DNA of 64,000 nt from an uncultured Marinoscillum sp. (lineage in GTDB: Bacteria > Bacteroidota > Bacteroidia > Cytophagales > MED-G16). A model generated the notes under the pieces. That model saw only the letters and a program-made list of their open reading frames with translations. It had not been told where the DNA came from and did no database searches. How positions within the stretch are numbered: the stretch's first letter is position 1; each line of letters begins with the position of its first letter. The stretch covers positions 40,574 through 104,573 of the forward strand of contig CABYXZ010000003.1 in NCBI GenBank assembly GCA_902523065.1. The letters run 5' to 3'. Of this stretch, positions 1 to 10,134 are shown piece by piece. A program made the translations under genes and the position numbers.

Positions 1-761
1 TTAATCCAGAATTGATAAAACTTATATGGACTAGTCTTTTCGGGATCTAACCAAACATTTCCGTCTTCAGTTTTTCCAAATTTTCCACCATCAGATTTTG
101 TAATAAGAGGTGTTGTAAGTGCATATGATTCTCCATTTGTAACTTTTCTGATGAGTTCGTTACCAGTCAATATATTTCCCCACTGATCCGATCCGCCAAA
201 TTGTATTTTTACATTTTTATTTTCCCACAACCAAAGAAAGTCAAATCCCTGAATCAGTTGGTAAGTGAATTCAGTAAATGAAATTCCAGATTCTAATCGA
301 TTTTTTACAGACTCTTTTGACATCATATAATTAATGTTAATATTCTTTCCAACATCTCTTAAAAAATCAAGAAGATTAAAATTTTCAAACCAGGTTTTGT
401 TATTTACTATTGAAGCCGCATTATCTCCAGAAAATTTTAAAAACTTTTCAAACTGCAGTTTTATTTTTTTCTGATTATTGTCTATTGTACTAACATCTAA
501 AAAATTTCTTTCTTTACTTTTCCCCGAAGGATCACCAATCATTCCTGTAGCACCTCCTATTAATACAATAGGTGTATTACCATACTTTTGAAAGTGTACT
601 AATGTCATAATTTGCACTAAATTTCCAATGTGCAGAGAATCAGCAGTTGGATCAAAACCTATGTACCCAACAGTTTTATTTTTGGAAAGAAAACTATCTG
701 TAGATGGAGTCATGTCATGGATCATTCCCCTCCATTTCAACTCATCAACAAAATTTTTCAT
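1..761 (-). CDS. tyrS: tyrosine--tRNA ligase, N-terminal ~253 aa (3' end runs off the window)
   Basis: Reverse-strand translation from ATG (761-759) reads [16 protein letters not shown]...[18 protein letters not shown] (class I HIGH motif) ... GGSDQWGN ... KFGKTE (KMSKS-type). Open to position 1. Absent from the ORF track because it has no stop in the window. Confidence 0.9.
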   Translation of the reverse strand, partial: MKNFVDELKWRGMIHDMTPSTDSFLSKNKTVGYIGFDPTADSLHIGNLVQIMTLVHFQKYGNTPIVLIGGATGMIGDPSGKSKERNFLDVSTIDNNQKKIKLQFEKFLKFSGDNAASIVNNKTWFENFNLLDFLRDVGKNININYMMSKESVKNRLESGISFTEFTYQLIQGFDFLWLWENKNVKIQFGGSDQWGNILTGNELIRKVTNGESYALTTPLITKSDGGKFGKTEDGNVWLDPEKTSPYKFYQFWI

Positions 762-830
762 AGATATCTATTTATATAAGTATTACCATGCAATATTATT
801 AAAAACTATTTACTTTTAAAGTATTAAATA

Positions 831-1865
831 ATGATAGAATCCTATTCTCAAATTTTTCAAAATTTGAAAAAAGATATTTACTCTAATGTATATCTTTTGA
901 TGGGAGAGGAGACTTTTTATATTGATAAAATATCTAATCATATAGAAGTCAATTTTATTGATGAAAACCTAAAGTCTTTCAATCAAGAAGTTCTCTACGG
1001 GAGAGATTCAGATATCAAATCTATAATTAGTTCCTGCAATAGCTTTCCTATGATGTCTGATAAAAAACTAATTTTAGTCAAGGAAGCTCAAGAAATGGAT
1101 TTTTTTAAAAGATCTAACGAAAAAAACATTGAACTTTTTAATAATTATTTAGAAAAACCTAATACCTCAAGTTTACTTGTAATATGTCATAAAAATAAAT
1201 CTATAGATAAGAGAAGTAAACTTTATAAGTCATTCCTGAAAAACTCGACTATTTTAGACTCTTCTTCAAAAGAAAATAAGATTTATGATAATCAGTTACC
1301 TACATGGATTAACAGACAGGTTACTGAGAATGGATATGAAATTGATGATAATTCAACATTTTTAATCGCTGAAAACGTAGGAAATAATTTAGAGAGAATA
1401 TACAATTCCCTTGATAAAATAATGTCTAATAAAGAAGATAAAACTATTTCTCAGGAAGATGTTATTAAGTATGTTGGAATAAGTAGAGACTATAACTTTT
1501 TTGAATTTCAGGATAGTCTTATCGATAAAGACACAATAAAATTTGCTAAGATCACACAGTACTTCACATCAAACGAAAATAAATTTCCATTTCAGCAGTT
1601 ATTGATTTACATGTTTTCTTTCTATTCAAAATTATTAATCATAAAAAATAATAATCTAGACAGTCCTCAATCAATAGCTGCAAATCTTAATATTCATCCA
1701 TTTGTTGCTAAGTCATATCACAGAGCCTCCAATAAATATTCTATCGATAAGATAAAACAAATTTTAGAATATTTAAGTGAGTTGGATTTGGTGTCGAAAG
1801 GGATTAAATCACTAAAATTTAATTATAATACAACTGTTAGAGAGATGAGCTATAAACTCTTTTAA
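831..1865 (+). CDS. holA: DNA polymerase III subunit delta
   Basis: 344 aa. N-terminal YLLMGEETFYIDKI, FNQEVLYG and LVKEAQ segments and the size fit Bacteroidota HolA. Recognised by eye only. Confidence 0.7.
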   Translation: MIESYSQIFQNLKKDIYSNVYLLMGEETFYIDKISNHIEVNFIDENLKSFNQEVLYGRDSDIKSIISSCNSFPMMSDKKLILVKEAQEMDFFKRSNEKNIELFNNYLEKPNTSSLLVICHKNKSIDKRSKLYKSFLKNSTILDSSSKENKIYDNQLPTWINRQVTENGYEIDDNSTFLIAENVGNNLERIYNSLDKIMSNKEDKTISQEDVIKYVGISRDYNFFEFQDSLIDKDTIKFAKITQYFTSNENKFPFQQLLIYMFSFYSKLLIIKNNNLDSPQSIAANLNIHPFVAKSYHRASNKYSIDKIKQILEYLSELDLVSKGIKSLKFNYNTTVREMSYKLF

Positions 1866-1867
1866 TA

Positions 1868-4789
1868 ATGATTAAAATATTTATTTTCTCACTTTTATCT
1901 ATTATTAATATCACTAAATCTGATAATGACAGATTATCAAGATTCTTTAACAGTCAGCTTTATGACCTATATATAGACGAATACAAAAAACATGAAAATC
2001 AAAATGGCAACAAGATAATTTACCATAATAATTACTTAATATCTATTTTAAAATCAGATAGAAGTAAAAATTTTAAACATCAGTTTAGGTCCGAAATTGA
2101 AAACTTTATCAATACAAACCCGAAAAATTTAACAGAAGATTTAATCAGTGAATATGGGATATATGAATTTTCTAACGACAGGTTTAAAAATTCAATTAAA
2201 TTTTTAAGTAACATTAATTCTGAGAGATCTAATTATTTCTTAGGTCTGTCTTATTATTACCTTGGGGAGTACAATAAAGCTTTAGAATGGTTATCAAACC
2301 AGAGAAAAACCTCAGAGGAGTTGAACTTTATTTTAGGTGTTATATATTATCAAATAAATGATTTTGTAAAATCAATTAAATATTTTGATGATCTGAGTGA
2401 TTTATATAAATCAAAAAAAATTCAATATTTAATTAGTATTAACTTCTTACTTGGAAAATTTGATGAGGTTTTAGATTATGAATCAGAGTTGTCTGAAAAC
2501 ACTGAAAATTTGGACTACAGCTTATACTACATAGGTAAGTCACATCTAATAAATGAAAACTATAAAAAATCAATTGATAACCTTCTAAAGATTAAAAGTG
2601 ATATAGATAGGGGAGATGAGATAAAATATCTTATAGCCTATTCTTATTATATGAATGGTGATTTAGAGATTGCAAAAAATAAGTTTAATGAGCTTACTAA
2701 ATTTAGAACCAATTATAAACAACTGGCATCCTATTACATAGGTTCAATCTTTTTTAAGGAAGGTGATTACAACACTGCTAAAAATTATTTTTATGCTTCT
2801 TACAGAGAAAATCAAGATGTTTCTTACACTAAAAATTCATTATTAAACTATTCTAAATGTTTATTTGAATTAGGTAATTACAACCTATCAATTAAAACAC
2901 TTGAAAAATTAAAATCTGAATTTTCAGACTATAAATTAGAAGAGGTAAATGAGTTAATAAGTGAAAATTATTTTCTTACAAATGATTATGAGAGAATATT
3001 AAATTACCTAAATAGTCTTGAAAATAAGTCTAATAAAGAAAAACAGAAGTATAAATTTATCCTTTATCAAAAAGGTGTAAAAAATTTTAATAATGGAGAT
3101 TTTAAGAATGCAATTAAATATTTTAGATTAAGTTCTGAAATTGATGTCGAAAATATTGATTTATTTACGAAAGCAGTCTACGGAATGGCTGAGGCATATT
3201 TCATAACTAATCAGTACGAAAAGTCTAAAACTTTATTATCAAATCATCTTGTTAAAAAATCAAATTATAATAAAGATGTAAAATTAAAGTCTTTGAAGTT
3301 GATGGGTTACACACTTTTCAATATGAATGATTATTCTAATTCAGCTAACTATTTTAATAGTTATTTAAAAAATAAAAATATCAATTCGCCTGTAAATATT
3401 AACAATGAAGATCTGGATGTTTTTATAAGAATGGGTGACTCGTACTATGCCTCAAAAAGTTATAGAAAATCATTAGCTGTGTATAATGATATATTAGAGA
3501 GTAAATATTTAGATAAAAATTATATCATATATCAAATAGCGTTATGTCACTATGGATTAAATGAATACCAAAAATCATTTGTATTTCTAGATAGGGTTAT
3601 TGCAAATTCAAATAAATCCTTACTTGATGATGCTATATTTAGAAAAGCACAAATATATTTTGAGACCTCAGAGTTTGGTAAAGCAATAGAATTTTATTCA
3701 GAAATAATTGATAATATAAAATTCAGTAAGTACTTACCTTATGCATATCTAAATAGATCAACCTCTTATTTTAATCTCAAATCGTATGATCAAGCAGAAA
3801 AAGATTTTCTTTTTATTTTAAAAAATATTGATGATAGAAGTATACAATCAGAAGCACTCCTTGGGATGCAGAAGGTAGTTTCTTTCACTGATAACTTTAC
3901 ACTTTTAAATAGACAAATATCCAGTTATAGATCAAAGTTTCCAGATAATAATGAAATACAGAAAATTGAATATGAGAATATTAGGAATTTATACTTTAAT
4001 CAAAAATATACTGACCTAATCCAACAAGTGAATACTCTTGACTCCTTAAAAAAGACTATAATAAATAGGTATGAAATAAATTATTACCTTGCTGAGTCAT
4101 ATTTCAAGACAAATAATTTCTTAGATGCAGAAAAAATTTATCTGAATATATCTGACAGCATAAATTCAAAATATTTATCAAGGTCTTTAAATAGATTGGC
4201 ATCAATAAATCTTACACTTAAAAACTATGATAAGTCAATTAAATATTATAAAAATCTGCAAAATATTAGTAAAAACAACAGAGAAAAGATTGAGTCCTTT
4301 GTTGGAATTTTATCGAATTATTTTTACTTGGAAAACTTTGATTCGGTTTTGTATTATTCTCAGAAAGTAAATGAGTTTGATAAAATTTCGTTTAATAACA
4401 GGAATAAAATTAATTTATTAAGTGCTAAGTCATACCTTAAAAATAATAATTCATCAGCGGGTATTGACATGTTACTCAAGACAGTAAACCTTGTCAAAGA
4501 TGAAAGTGCTGCAGAGGCAAATTTAATGCTAGCAAAAATCTTTTTTGAGAGGGGTCAGACGACACAAGCCCTAGAAACTTTATATTCTCTAAACGAAAAC
4601 TTTCAGTCATATCCCTATTGGGTAGGGAAAAGCTACATTACGATAGGGGAGATATTTATATCTGAAAACGATAATTTTCAAGCTGAAGCTACACTATTAT
4701 CTATCGTTGAAAATACGAGTATTGAAGAAATTAAAAATGAAGCTCAAGAATTACTAAACAAAATAAATTCTAATGAAACATCTTTATAG
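1868..4789 (+). CDS. large tetratricopeptide (TPR) repeat protein, probably periplasmic or secreted
   Basis: 973 aa with an N-terminal hydrophobic segment. Many 34-residue TPR-like repeats (e.g. GLSYYYLGEYNKALEWL, IGSIFFKEGDYNTAKNYF, MGDSYYASKSYRKSLAVY). Confidence 0.7.
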   Translation: MIKIFIFSLLSIINITKSDNDRLSRFFNSQLYDLYIDEYKKHENQNGNKIIYHNNYLISILKSDRSKNFKHQFRSEIENFINTNPKNLTEDLISEYGIYEFSNDRFKNSIKFLSNINSERSNYFLGLSYYYLGEYNKALEWLSNQRKTSEELNFILGVIYYQINDFVKSIKYFDDLSDLYKSKKIQYLISINFLLGKFDEVLDYESELSENTENLDYSLYYIGKSHLINENYKKSIDNLLKIKSDIDRGDEIKYLIAYSYYMNGDLEIAKNKFNELTKFRTNYKQLASYYIGSIFFKEGDYNTAKNYFYASYRENQDVSYTKNSLLNYSKCLFELGNYNLSIKTLEKLKSEFSDYKLEEVNELISENYFLTNDYERILNYLNSLENKSNKEKQKYKFILYQKGVKNFNNGDFKNAIKYFRLSSEIDVENIDLFTKAVYGMAEAYFITNQYEKSKTLLSNHLVKKSNYNKDVKLKSLKLMGYTLFNMNDYSNSANYFNSYLKNKNINSPVNINNEDLDVFIRMGDSYYASKSYRKSLAVYNDILESKYLDKNYIIYQIALCHYGLNEYQKSFVFLDRVIANSNKSLLDDAIFRKAQIYFETSEFGKAIEFYSEIIDNIKFSKYLPYAYLNRSTSYFNLKSYDQAEKDFLFILKNIDDRSIQSEALLGMQKVVSFTDNFTLLNRQISSYRSKFPDNNEIQKIEYENIRNLYFNQKYTDLIQQVNTLDSLKKTIINRYEINYYLAESYFKTNNFLDAEKIYLNISDSINSKYLSRSLNRLASINLTLKNYDKSIKYYKNLQNISKNNREKIESFVGILSNYFYLENFDSVLYYSQKVNEFDKISFNNRNKINLLSAKSYLKNNNSSAGIDMLLKTVNLVKDESAAEANLMLAKIFFERGQTTQALETLYSLNENFQSYPYWVGKSYITIGEIFISENDNFQAEATLLSIVENTSIEEIKNEAQELLNKINSNETSL

Positions 4790-6455
4790 AATTATTTTTT
4801 TACTTATTCTAACAAATAATCTTAATGCACAAAATGATGAAGGCGAAATTGAGGACGCACAAATCCTTATTGAAAAAAACAGCAGAATTATACTTCAAAA
4901 ATCTGACAAAAGTGTTGATAAAATAGATTTAGAAGTTAATAATTTCAAAAAGTTTAAAACATCATTTGAAATAATAAATTTCCAATTTGGAAACGACACA
5001 AGAAAAATTGACAGAAAGCCAATTAACGATATTAAATTAGAAAATGACTATCCTACTGAACTTAAAATTTTGGGAGGTAATTATAAATCATATCTTTTTC
5101 AATTTAACCCCCACTTCAAGTTTGATAATAAATTATTTATTTACTCTAATTTCTTTTTTAAATCCAACTCTAAAGGTTCTTTAAACAATGATTTATCGAA
5201 GGAAAAATTCTACGACAACAACTTATCAATTTACTACAAACTAAACAACTATAATTTAATAACATCTAATTTCTCATTGATTTCATCATCAAATGGCTTT
5301 TATGGCTTCTCTACGAATAATGAAATTTCTGATGATCTAAAAAGTGACCTGAGATCTATTAAGAATAATTATAACTATAATATTTCATGGTTAGGATACA
5401 AAAAAGATTTGAGTTATGGATTATTATTTGCTGGATCTCATTTTAGAGATAATAGCTTTATTAATATATCTGAAAATGAGATCGATGTCAAAGGAAATAT
5501 TTCTTTAAAAATTAAAAAAATAAACTTATCATTTGATCCACTAATAAATTATTATCAATTAGGAAATCATTCATCGATCACGTCCGAAAATATCTATCCT
5601 CTTGATTTTAGGAAAATTGAAATCCCTATATCAATTAAATATTATGCAAAAAATTTGTCTATCGGAATAGCAGGAAGGTATTTGTCACTCAAAAAAGAAC
5701 TAAAAAAATCTGAGACTTTTAATGGCTTCTATGGAAAATTAGACTTATCATATTCGAAAAATAATATATCATTTTATGTTAGCGCTGAGAATGATCTTTT
5801 TTTCGAGAGATATTCTGATATTATTGATTATTTTCCTTACTTATACGACCCAACAATCTTTGATAAAATTCATACCACTGATATAAACTATAAGATTGAT
5901 GCTAATTTCAGTTATGAATTTAATGAGCAAAATACCCTAAGTTTCTTTTACCAAAGAATTGATACTAAAGGAAGTTTAGATTATGCTCATTATTTTGGTG
6001 AAAAAAGACCATCAGAATTAAATTTTCCAATATATCTATACTCTATGAGCAGGAATGATAAACAAGAGTATATAAGTACATTTAAACTAGTTGGTGATTT
6101 TACACTATCTGATAGAATTAATTCGTCATTGCATTTCACTTATAATAATTATGAAAATATAGAAGTATTTATACCTATATACGAATCTGGATTAAGTAGC
6201 ACATATAAAAAAGACAAATTTAAAATTCAATTAGGACTTGATATGTTATTTGAAAATCATGGACTTAATTTTAGTAATGAGACATTTAAAATGAATAATA
6301 TCATAAACTTAAATTTAAGTTCATCATATGAATTAAATGATAATATAAACATTCACCTCAATATTGATAATATGCTTAACAACTATAACGAATTATTTTT
6401 TATGTACCCTCAACTAGGTGCAAATGTGATGTCTGGTTTAACTTGGAAGTTTTAA
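4773..6455 (+). CDS. putative outer-membrane beta-barrel protein
   Basis: 560 aa with a signal peptide (LILTNNLNAQ). Y/N/S-rich alternating strands and a C-terminal aromatic residue (..GLTWKF) typical of OMP beta-signals. Overlaps the upstream TPR gene by 17 nt. Confidence 0.5.
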   Translation: MKHLYRIIFLLILTNNLNAQNDEGEIEDAQILIEKNSRIILQKSDKSVDKIDLEVNNFKKFKTSFEIINFQFGNDTRKIDRKPINDIKLENDYPTELKILGGNYKSYLFQFNPHFKFDNKLFIYSNFFFKSNSKGSLNNDLSKEKFYDNNLSIYYKLNNYNLITSNFSLISSSNGFYGFSTNNEISDDLKSDLRSIKNNYNYNISWLGYKKDLSYGLLFAGSHFRDNSFINISENEIDVKGNISLKIKKINLSFDPLINYYQLGNHSSITSENIYPLDFRKIEIPISIKYYAKNLSIGIAGRYLSLKKELKKSETFNGFYGKLDLSYSKNNISFYVSAENDLFFERYSDIIDYFPYLYDPTIFDKIHTTDINYKIDANFSYEFNEQNTLSFFYQRIDTKGSLDYAHYFGEKRPSELNFPIYLYSMSRNDKQEYISTFKLVGDFTLSDRINSSLHFTYNNYENIEVFIPIYESGLSSTYKKDKFKIQLGLDMLFENHGLNFSNETFKMNNIINLNLSSSYELNDNINIHLNIDNMLNNYNELFFMYPQLGANVMSGLTWKF

Positions 6456-6456
6456 A

Positions 6457-7002
6457 ATGAATAATCACAATGATTTTGGTTTAAAAAAAGTTGATTTAAA
6501 TAAAAGAAAACTCAAAAAGAAAAACAATTTCTTTATTCCATTAATTTTAGTAATAAGTGTATTAACAATTGTTTTGTTAAACAATTACCAAGATTTATCA
6601 TTTAATAAAAATATTGATAATAAGTATTCTAAAGAATTTATCTCCTCAGAAAGCCCTGTTGTGATTGATATAGTAAAAACTGATTCTTTAAATAATGATG
6701 ATTCTATACCTCTTAAAGTAATTAATCAATCTCAAATCAAATTCGAAAAACAGATTGTTGAATTAGATTCCCTTACAGGAAATTATTTTATTATTGAGGG
6801 AAGCTTTTCAAATTATAATTTATCTTTAAACAGAGCTATGACATTATCAGACCAAGGGTTCCAACCTATAATAATCATCCCAAAAAATAATAATATGCAT
6901 AGAGTAGCAGTTGATATGTATACCGACTTAGAAATTGCAAAAGAAAGCCTTGAAGCTTATAGAAATAAATTAAATAATAAATTATGGATACTAAGATTTT
7001 GA
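6457..7002 (+). CDS. membrane-anchored SPOR domain protein
   Basis: 181 aa with an N-terminal TM (FFIPLILVISVLTIVLL). The C-terminal ~75 aa (YFIIEGSFSNYNLSLNRAMTLSDQGFQPIII..HRVAVDMYTDLEIAKESLEAYR) fits the SPOR peptidoglycan-binding pattern. Confidence 0.55.
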   Translation: MNNHNDFGLKKVDLNKRKLKKKNNFFIPLILVISVLTIVLLNNYQDLSFNKNIDNKYSKEFISSESPVVIDIVKTDSLNNDDSIPLKVINQSQIKFEKQIVELDSLTGNYFIIEGSFSNYNLSLNRAMTLSDQGFQPIIIIPKNNNMHRVAVDMYTDLEIAKESLEAYRNKLNNKLWILRF

Positions 7003-7673
7003 TTTCCCAAATTTTGAGTGGTTCTGATTCTACTATTGTAATTAATGGCCCTCAAGAACTTACAGTACTAGAGCTTTTATTAAAAGGTGGTTTTATGATG
7101 CTGCCTCTGTTGGTATTGTTTTTTATAACTATATATATTTTGATAGAAAAAATTTTAGTAATAAATAAAGAATCAAAATCACCCAAAAATTTTAATGAAG
7201 AAATTCTTAGCAGAATAAAAAATGATGATATTAACGGTGCTAAATTAATCTGTGAGGATGTAAATAACCCTGTCTCTAGAATGTTAAGAAAGGGATTAGA
7301 TAAGTTTAATACAAGTCTTAAAAATATTGAGACATCTATCGAAAATGTAGGAAAAATTGAAATTTACAACCTAGAGAAAAAACTTAGTATGCTTGCAACG
7401 ATATCAGGGGCTGCTCCGATGATTGGATTCCTAGGAACAGTGACAGGAATGATACAAGCATTCATATCAATAGCAGAAGAGGAGGGTGCAGTAAGTCCAA
7501 AATTATTATCTAGTGGTATATACGAAGCAATGTTAACGACGGCAGCTGGTTTATTTGTTGGAATTATTGCGTATCTGGCTTACAATTATTTGGTAACAAG
7601 AGTTGAAAAACTTATCCATAATATGGAATATACTACTATTGAATTTATTGAGACACTTCAATCAAAAAAATGA
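6984..7673 (+). CDS. exbB: MotA/TolQ/ExbB proton-channel family protein
   Basis: 229 aa, three TM segments. Conserved LATISGAAPMIGFLGTVTGMI and YEAMLTTAAGLFVGI blocks. Confidence 0.85.
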   Translation: MDTKILISQILSGSDSTIVINGPQELTVLELLLKGGFMMLPLLVLFFITIYILIEKILVINKESKSPKNFNEEILSRIKNDDINGAKLICEDVNNPVSRMLRKGLDKFNTSLKNIETSIENVGKIEIYNLEKKLSMLATISGAAPMIGFLGTVTGMIQAFISIAEEEGAVSPKLLSSGIYEAMLTTAAGLFVGIIAYLAYNYLVTRVEKLIHNMEYTTIEFIETLQSKK

Positions 7674-8062
7674 ATCTTAAACAAAGTAATAAAATAAATC
7701 CATTGTTTAGTATGTCTTCAATGACTGACATAATTTTTCTGTTATTGATTTTCTTTATGTTAACTGCGTCTTTTGTAACACCCTCAGGGTTACCTGTGAA
7801 CTTACCCTCTAGCAAATCATCTACTATAACTATTCAAAAGGTATCGGTTACAATTACAAAAGATTTAAAGTATTTTGTTAATGACAAAGAATCAAGTGAA
7901 AATGCTCTTGAAGCGAATATAAGAGATGCTATTGGTAATGATGATGGTTTAGTCGTTTTACATTGTGACAAGGATGTGCCTGTTGAGAAATTAGTTAATG
8001 TGGCAGGAATTGCTACATCACTAGAAGCTAAGGTGACAATTGCCACAACACCAAAAAAATAA
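7670..8062 (+). CDS. exbD: biopolymer transporter ExbD/TolR
   Basis: 130 aa. N-terminal TM with MTDIIFLLLIFFM (ExbD signature) and a periplasmic domain. 4-nt overlap with exbB. Confidence 0.85.
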   Translation: MNLKQSNKINPLFSMSSMTDIIFLLLIFFMLTASFVTPSGLPVNLPSSKSSTITIQKVSVTITKDLKYFVNDKESSENALEANIRDAIGNDDGLVVLHCDKDVPVEKLVNVAGIATSLEAKVTIATTPKK

Positions 8063-8066
8063 AAAA

Positions 8067-8846
8067 ATGGATAATAAGAAAATTGAAAGAAAAGCTCTTT
8101 ATCTAACCTTTCTTACAAATATTATATTTTTTTTATTATTAATGATAATTGTGGCGTGGAGGGAAACCTATCCTCCACCTGAAGAATATGGTATAGAAAT
8201 TGGCACCGAATTTGATTCAGATTTTGAAACAGATAACATGGACTCAAATACTGAAGATGAGGAGCAAAATGAGTTAGAGGATAATGATTCTGATGATAAT
8301 AATTTAGGGGATACTCAACCTGAAAATAATACTGAAATTGAAAATTTAGATGATATTAAAAATGATATAGTTTCTGACGATCAAAATATTGATGATAATA
8401 TAGAAATTGAGGAAGAGAATGAAACTTTTTCAATGGATAGTGAATTAACTGATGATCAAAATGAAAAAAATGAAATTGAAGAAACACAATCTGAAAAAGA
8501 AATAAAAAAAATAGATGAAAGAGCAATATTTGGTGGATCTAATTCTTCTTCGAGCTCAACATCAGCATCTGCTGCAGGTTCATCATTAGAAATGCAGGGA
8601 TGGACTTGGGACTTCGAACCAAATCCTAATGATAATAGTTCAGAAAGCGGTAGAATTATTTTCGAAATTATTGTAGATTATTATGGAGAGATAGTTGGAT
8701 TGAAAACCCTAGAAACAACTTTAAGTCCTATGGTAGAAAATATTTATAGAGAAGAAATCCTAAAGCTCACATTTAGTCCAACTAACAACAATAATCCCGC
8801 TGATATTTCTAAAGGAAAGATTACCTTCATTATTAAAAATAATTAG
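8067..8846 (+). CDS. TonB/TolA-like energy transducer with an acidic low-complexity linker
   Basis: ATG at 8067 follows the exbD stop (the ORF track start at 8040 overlaps exbD). N-terminal TM anchor, ~110-aa D/E/N-rich linker, Ser-rich run, and a C-terminal ~80-aa domain (GRIIFEIIVDYYGEIVG...KGKITFIIKN) resembling TonB_C. Confidence 0.5.
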   Translation: MDNKKIERKALYLTFLTNIIFFLLLMIIVAWRETYPPPEEYGIEIGTEFDSDFETDNMDSNTEDEEQNELEDNDSDDNNLGDTQPENNTEIENLDDIKNDIVSDDQNIDDNIEIEEENETFSMDSELTDDQNEKNEIEETQSEKEIKKIDERAIFGGSNSSSSSTSASAAGSSLEMQGWTWDFEPNPNDNSSESGRIIFEIIVDYYGEIVGLKTLETTLSPMVENIYREEILKLTFSPTNNNNPADISKGKITFIIKNN

Positions 8847-8862
8847 ATAGAGGATACTGGGT

Positions 8863-10131
8863 ATGAATTATAATGATTCTCTTCATTTTCTATTTAATTC
8901 AGTAAAGTCATATCATAAATTAGGCTCAAATGCTTTAAGACCCGGATTAAGGAATATAATCAAGTTATGTAATGAAATAGGAAATCCCCAAAATTCATAT
9001 AAAATAGTTCATGTAGGTGGAACAAACGGGAAAGGAAGCTCATCTTATGGAATTTCAAATGTATGCATATACAATAAATTAAAAACTGGTTTACTTACTT
9101 CACCTCATATTCATGATTTTAGAGAAAGAATTACAGTTAATGGAGTTTATATTGAAAAGGATTTTGTGGTAGATTTTATTGATAGCAATAAAGGAATAAT
9201 TAAAAAATTAGATCCTTCTTTCTTTGAGATAACTACTGCTATGGCATTTAAATATTTCGAATATAAAGCTATTGATGTTGCAATTATAGAAGTTGGAATG
9301 GGGGGGAGGTTTGATAGTACTAATATTGTAAATTCAGATGTAGCCTTAATTACAAATATTGGACTTGATCATCAAAAAATATTAGGAAATACAATTGAAA
9401 AAATAGCCTATGAAAAAGCTGGCATAATTAAAAAAGAAGCTGATTTTATCAAAGGTGAAAGGCAGGATGAAATTGATAATATTTTTTTTAGTAATTCAGT
9501 TGCCAAAAATTATTTTAAATCTTGGGAGCACATTAAGATTTTTTCAAAAAAGAAAAAAAGGGTGAATTTCAGTAAATATAAAGTAGAATTTCAATCATTA
9601 GATTTTGAAATAAAGGTATCGAACCCTACAAATTATTTTAAAAAAAATCTTCCTGGGATAATTCTTGCTTCATACCGAATTCTTAAAAAATTTAATATTA
9701 TGATTGATGAGAAATCATTTGATGGATTAAACATAGAAAATGAAAAAAATAAGATTATTAGCAGGTGGGATATTGTATCATCAGATCCTTTAGTGATTGT
9801 TGATGGTTGTCATAATAAACCAAGTATTAAAATTATAATTGATGAGATTAATCTACATAAGTTTTCTAAGGTTTTCTTTGTTATAGGTGGTACGAAGGAG
9901 AAAAATTGGAATGAAATTTGTAAAATTCTACCAAATAATTTTTTTTATGTTGTTACAAAACCTAATAATGATAGAGCTTATTCTCTAACTAAATTTAGAA
10001 AACACTTTGATAGAAATAATCTTAAATATGTCAGTTTTAATTCTTTAGATAAATCGTTAGAATACTGCAAACAAAATTATTCAAGAAACAATTTAATTTT
10101 TATTGGTGGAAGTCTTTTTATGGCGTCTTAA
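8863..10131 (+). CDS. folC: bifunctional folylpolyglutamate synthase/dihydrofolate synthase
   Basis: 422 aa with a Mur-ligase P-loop (HVGGTNGKGS). SPHIHDFRERI, EVGMGGRFDSTN and GLDH blocks. Confidence 0.85.
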   Translation: MNYNDSLHFLFNSVKSYHKLGSNALRPGLRNIIKLCNEIGNPQNSYKIVHVGGTNGKGSSSYGISNVCIYNKLKTGLLTSPHIHDFRERITVNGVYIEKDFVVDFIDSNKGIIKKLDPSFFEITTAMAFKYFEYKAIDVAIIEVGMGGRFDSTNIVNSDVALITNIGLDHQKILGNTIEKIAYEKAGIIKKEADFIKGERQDEIDNIFFSNSVAKNYFKSWEHIKIFSKKKKRVNFSKYKVEFQSLDFEIKVSNPTNYFKKNLPGIILASYRILKKFNIMIDEKSFDGLNIENEKNKIISRWDIVSSDPLVIVDGCHNKPSIKIIIDEINLHKFSKVFFVIGGTKEKNWNEICKILPNNFFYVVTKPNNDRAYSLTKFRKHFDRNNLKYVSFNSLDKSLEYCKQNYSRNNLIFIGGSLFMAS

Positions 10132-10134
10132 TAT

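Noticed and set aside
628-819. 63-aa plus-strand ORF from the track
   Set aside because: It lies almost entirely antisense to the clearly recognisable tyrS N-terminus (HIGH motif region), and its peptide is low-complexity.
6984-8062. MotA/ExbB-ExbD pair as a Zorya-like anti-phage module
   Set aside because: The sizes are canonical for ExbB/ExbD (229 and 130 aa). The pair is followed by a TonB-like gene and folC in a housekeeping context, and there are no ZorC/ZorD-like large genes.
8671-8689. TTGTAGATTATTATGGAGA, a look-alike of the start-codon motif, inside the TonB-like gene
   Set aside because: It lies in the middle of a coding region (encoding IVDYYGE). No ORF starts at this ATG in a sensible frame, so it is most likely a chance match in AT-rich sequence.
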